Under the pieces are notes generated by a model that was given only the letters and a program-made list of their open reading frames with translations, did not search any database and was not told where the DNA came from. Positions 61,790 to 64,000 of a stretch of DNA of 64,000 nucleotides are shown here, piece by piece; within the stretch, counting starts at the first letter, position 1; every line of letters begins with the position of its first letter. The DNA is from Chiloscyllium plagiosum. Its lineage: Eukaryota. The stretch is taken from contig NC_057719.1 of the NCBI RefSeq assembly GCF_004010195.1, positions 27,415,872 through 27,479,871 on the forward strand, written 5' to 3'. The translations under genes were made by a program, and so were the position numbers.

Positions 61790-64000
61790 TTATAGAGACG
61801 TACAGCACGGAAACAGACTTTTTGGTTAAACTTGTCCAGGCTGACCAGATATCCCAACTCAATCTAGTCCCATTTGACAGCACTTGGCCCATATCCCTCT
61901 AAACCTTTCCTATTCATATACCCATCCAGATGCCTTTTAAATGTTGCAATTGTACCAGCCTCCACCATTTCCTCTGGCAGCTCATTCCATGCATGCACCA
62001 CATTCTGCATGAAAACATTGCCTTTAGGTCCCTTTTATATCTTTTCCCTCTCACCCTAAACCTATGCCCTTTAATTCTGGACACACCCACCCCAGGGAAA
62101 AAACTTTGTCTATTTTCCGATCCTTGCCCCTCATAATTTTATAAATCTCTATAAGGTCACCCCTCAGCCTTTGGATGCTCCAGGGAAAATAACCCCAAGT
62201 GTATTCAGCCTCTCCCTATAGCTCAAATCCTCCCACCCTGGCAACATCCTTGTAATTCTTTTCTGAACCCTTTCAAGTTTCACAACATCCTTCCAATAGG
62301 AAGGAGACCAGAATTGCACATAATATTCCAAAAGTGGCCTTTACAATGTCCTGTACAACTGCAACAAGACCTCCCAACTCCTGTACTCAATGCTCTGACC
62401 AATAAAGGAAAGCACTGTCCTATCTACCTGTGACTCCACTTTCAAGGAGCTATGAACCTGCACTCCAAGGTCTCTTTGTTCAGCAACACTCCGTAGGACC
62501 TTACTATTAAGTATATAAGTCCTGCTAAGATTTGCTTTCCCCAAATGCATCACCTCACAATTATCTGAATTAAACTCTATCAGCCACTTCTCAGCCCATT
62601 AGCCCATCAGATCAAGATCCCGTTGTAATCTGAGGTAACCTTCTTCGTGTCCACTACACCTCCAATTTTGGTGTCATCTGCAAACTTATTAACTATACCT
62701 CTTATGCTCACTTCCAAATCATTTATATAAATAACAAAAAGTATCGGCCCCTTCACCAAACCTTGTGGCACTCCAGACTGAAAAACAACCCTCCACCACC
62801 ACCTTCTGTCTTCTACCTTTGAGCCAATTCTATATCCAAATGGCTAGTTCTCTCTGTATTCCATGAGATCTAACCTTGTTAACCAGTCTCCCATGGGGAA
62901 CCTTGTCGAAGGCCTTACTGAAGTCCATATAAATCACGTCCACCGTTCAACCCTCATCAATCCTCTTTCTTACTTTTTCAAAAAACTCAATCAAGTTCGT
63001 GAGACATGATTTCCCACGCACAAAGCCATGTTGAAAGACTTAATCTTTCCTGATGAAGGGCTTTTGCCCAAAACATTGATTTTCCTGTTCCTCGGATGCT
63101 GCCTGACCTGCTGCGCTTTTCCAGCACCACTCTAATCTAAACTCTGGTTTACAAGCATCTGCAGTCCTCACTTGTGCCAATATCTAAACAGTCCTTGACT
63201 TTCCAAATATGTGTAAATCCTGTCCCTCAGGATTGCCTCCAACAACTAGCTCACCACCAACGTCCGGCTCACCGGTCTATAGTTCCCTGGCTCCTCCTTA
63301 CCACCTTTCTTAAATAATGATACGTTAGCCAACTTCCAGTCTTCTGGCACCTCACCTGTGATTACCAATGATACAAATATCTCAGTGAGGGGCCCAGCAA
63401 TCACTTCCCAACCTCCCACAGTGTTCTAGGGTATACCTAATCAGGTCCTGGGGATTTATTCACGTTTATGCGTTTCAAGACATCCAGCAATTTCTCCTCT
63501 GTAATATGGATATTTTTCAAGATGTCACCATCTATTTCCTCACATTCTATATCTTCCACAGTAAAACTGATGCAAAATACTCATTTAGTATCTCCCCCAT
63601 CTCCTGTGGCTCCACACAAAGACGGCCTTGCTGATCTTTGAGGGGCCCTATTCTCTCCCAAGTTACCCTTTTGCCCTTAATGTAATTGTAAAAACCCTTT
63701 GGATTATCCTATTTTCCAAGCTATCTCATGTACTCTTTTTGCCCTCTTGATTTCCATCTTAAGTATACTCCTACTGCTTTTATGCTCTTCTAAGGATTCA
63801 CTCGATCTCTCCTGTCCATACCTGACATATGCTTCCTTCTTTTTCTTAACCAAACCCTCAATTCCTCTAGTCATCCAGTATTCCCTATACCTACCAGTCT
63901 TTCTTTTCATCTTAACAGGAACATACTGTCTCTGGACTCTTGTTATCTCATTTCCAAAGGCTTCCCATTTTCCAGCCATCCCTTTATCTGCAAACATCTG
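61790..64000 (-). mobile_element. CR1 (HER1-like) LINE running off the window, with a family B Penelope repeat at about 63047-63178
   Basis: Same subfamily as 33215-38130 (WMTRGIEGLVKKKKEAY, DFSKAFDKVPH); insert reads CTGATGAagggcttttgcccAAAAcattg. Confidence 0.92.

Overview
Eukaryotic, repeat-saturated DNA from an elasmobranch (shark or ray), inferred from HE1-type V-SINEs and HER1/CR1 LINEs. No prokaryotic system is present. Most of the window is nested, decayed mobile DNA: many CR1 copies (two retain an ORF1 SGNH-esterase relic plus ORF2 APE/RT), a second CR1/L2-group LINE with its partner SINE, a young 5'-truncated Tx1-clade LINE, several Penelope-like elements (GIY-YIG), PIF/Harbinger relics, a Gypsy RT relic, a pogo/Tigger-like MITE, a DeuSINE and a tRNA-Thr-derived segment. 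The window appears to be mostly intron of an unidentified minus-strand gene, with three phase-compatible candidate exons (57397-57138, 15518-15379, 7515-7381). Most notable: (1) at least 12 minimal hammerhead-ribozyme motifs from three Penelope terminal-repeat families, several inserted alone or as fold-back dimers with target-site duplications; (2) an LTR-like unit that begins with two tRNA-derived heads; (3) two duplication-plus-filler junctions; (4) a 52-bp minisatellite born at a Penelope repeat junction. Repeat boundaries are read by eye and are approximate unless a TSD is quoted.
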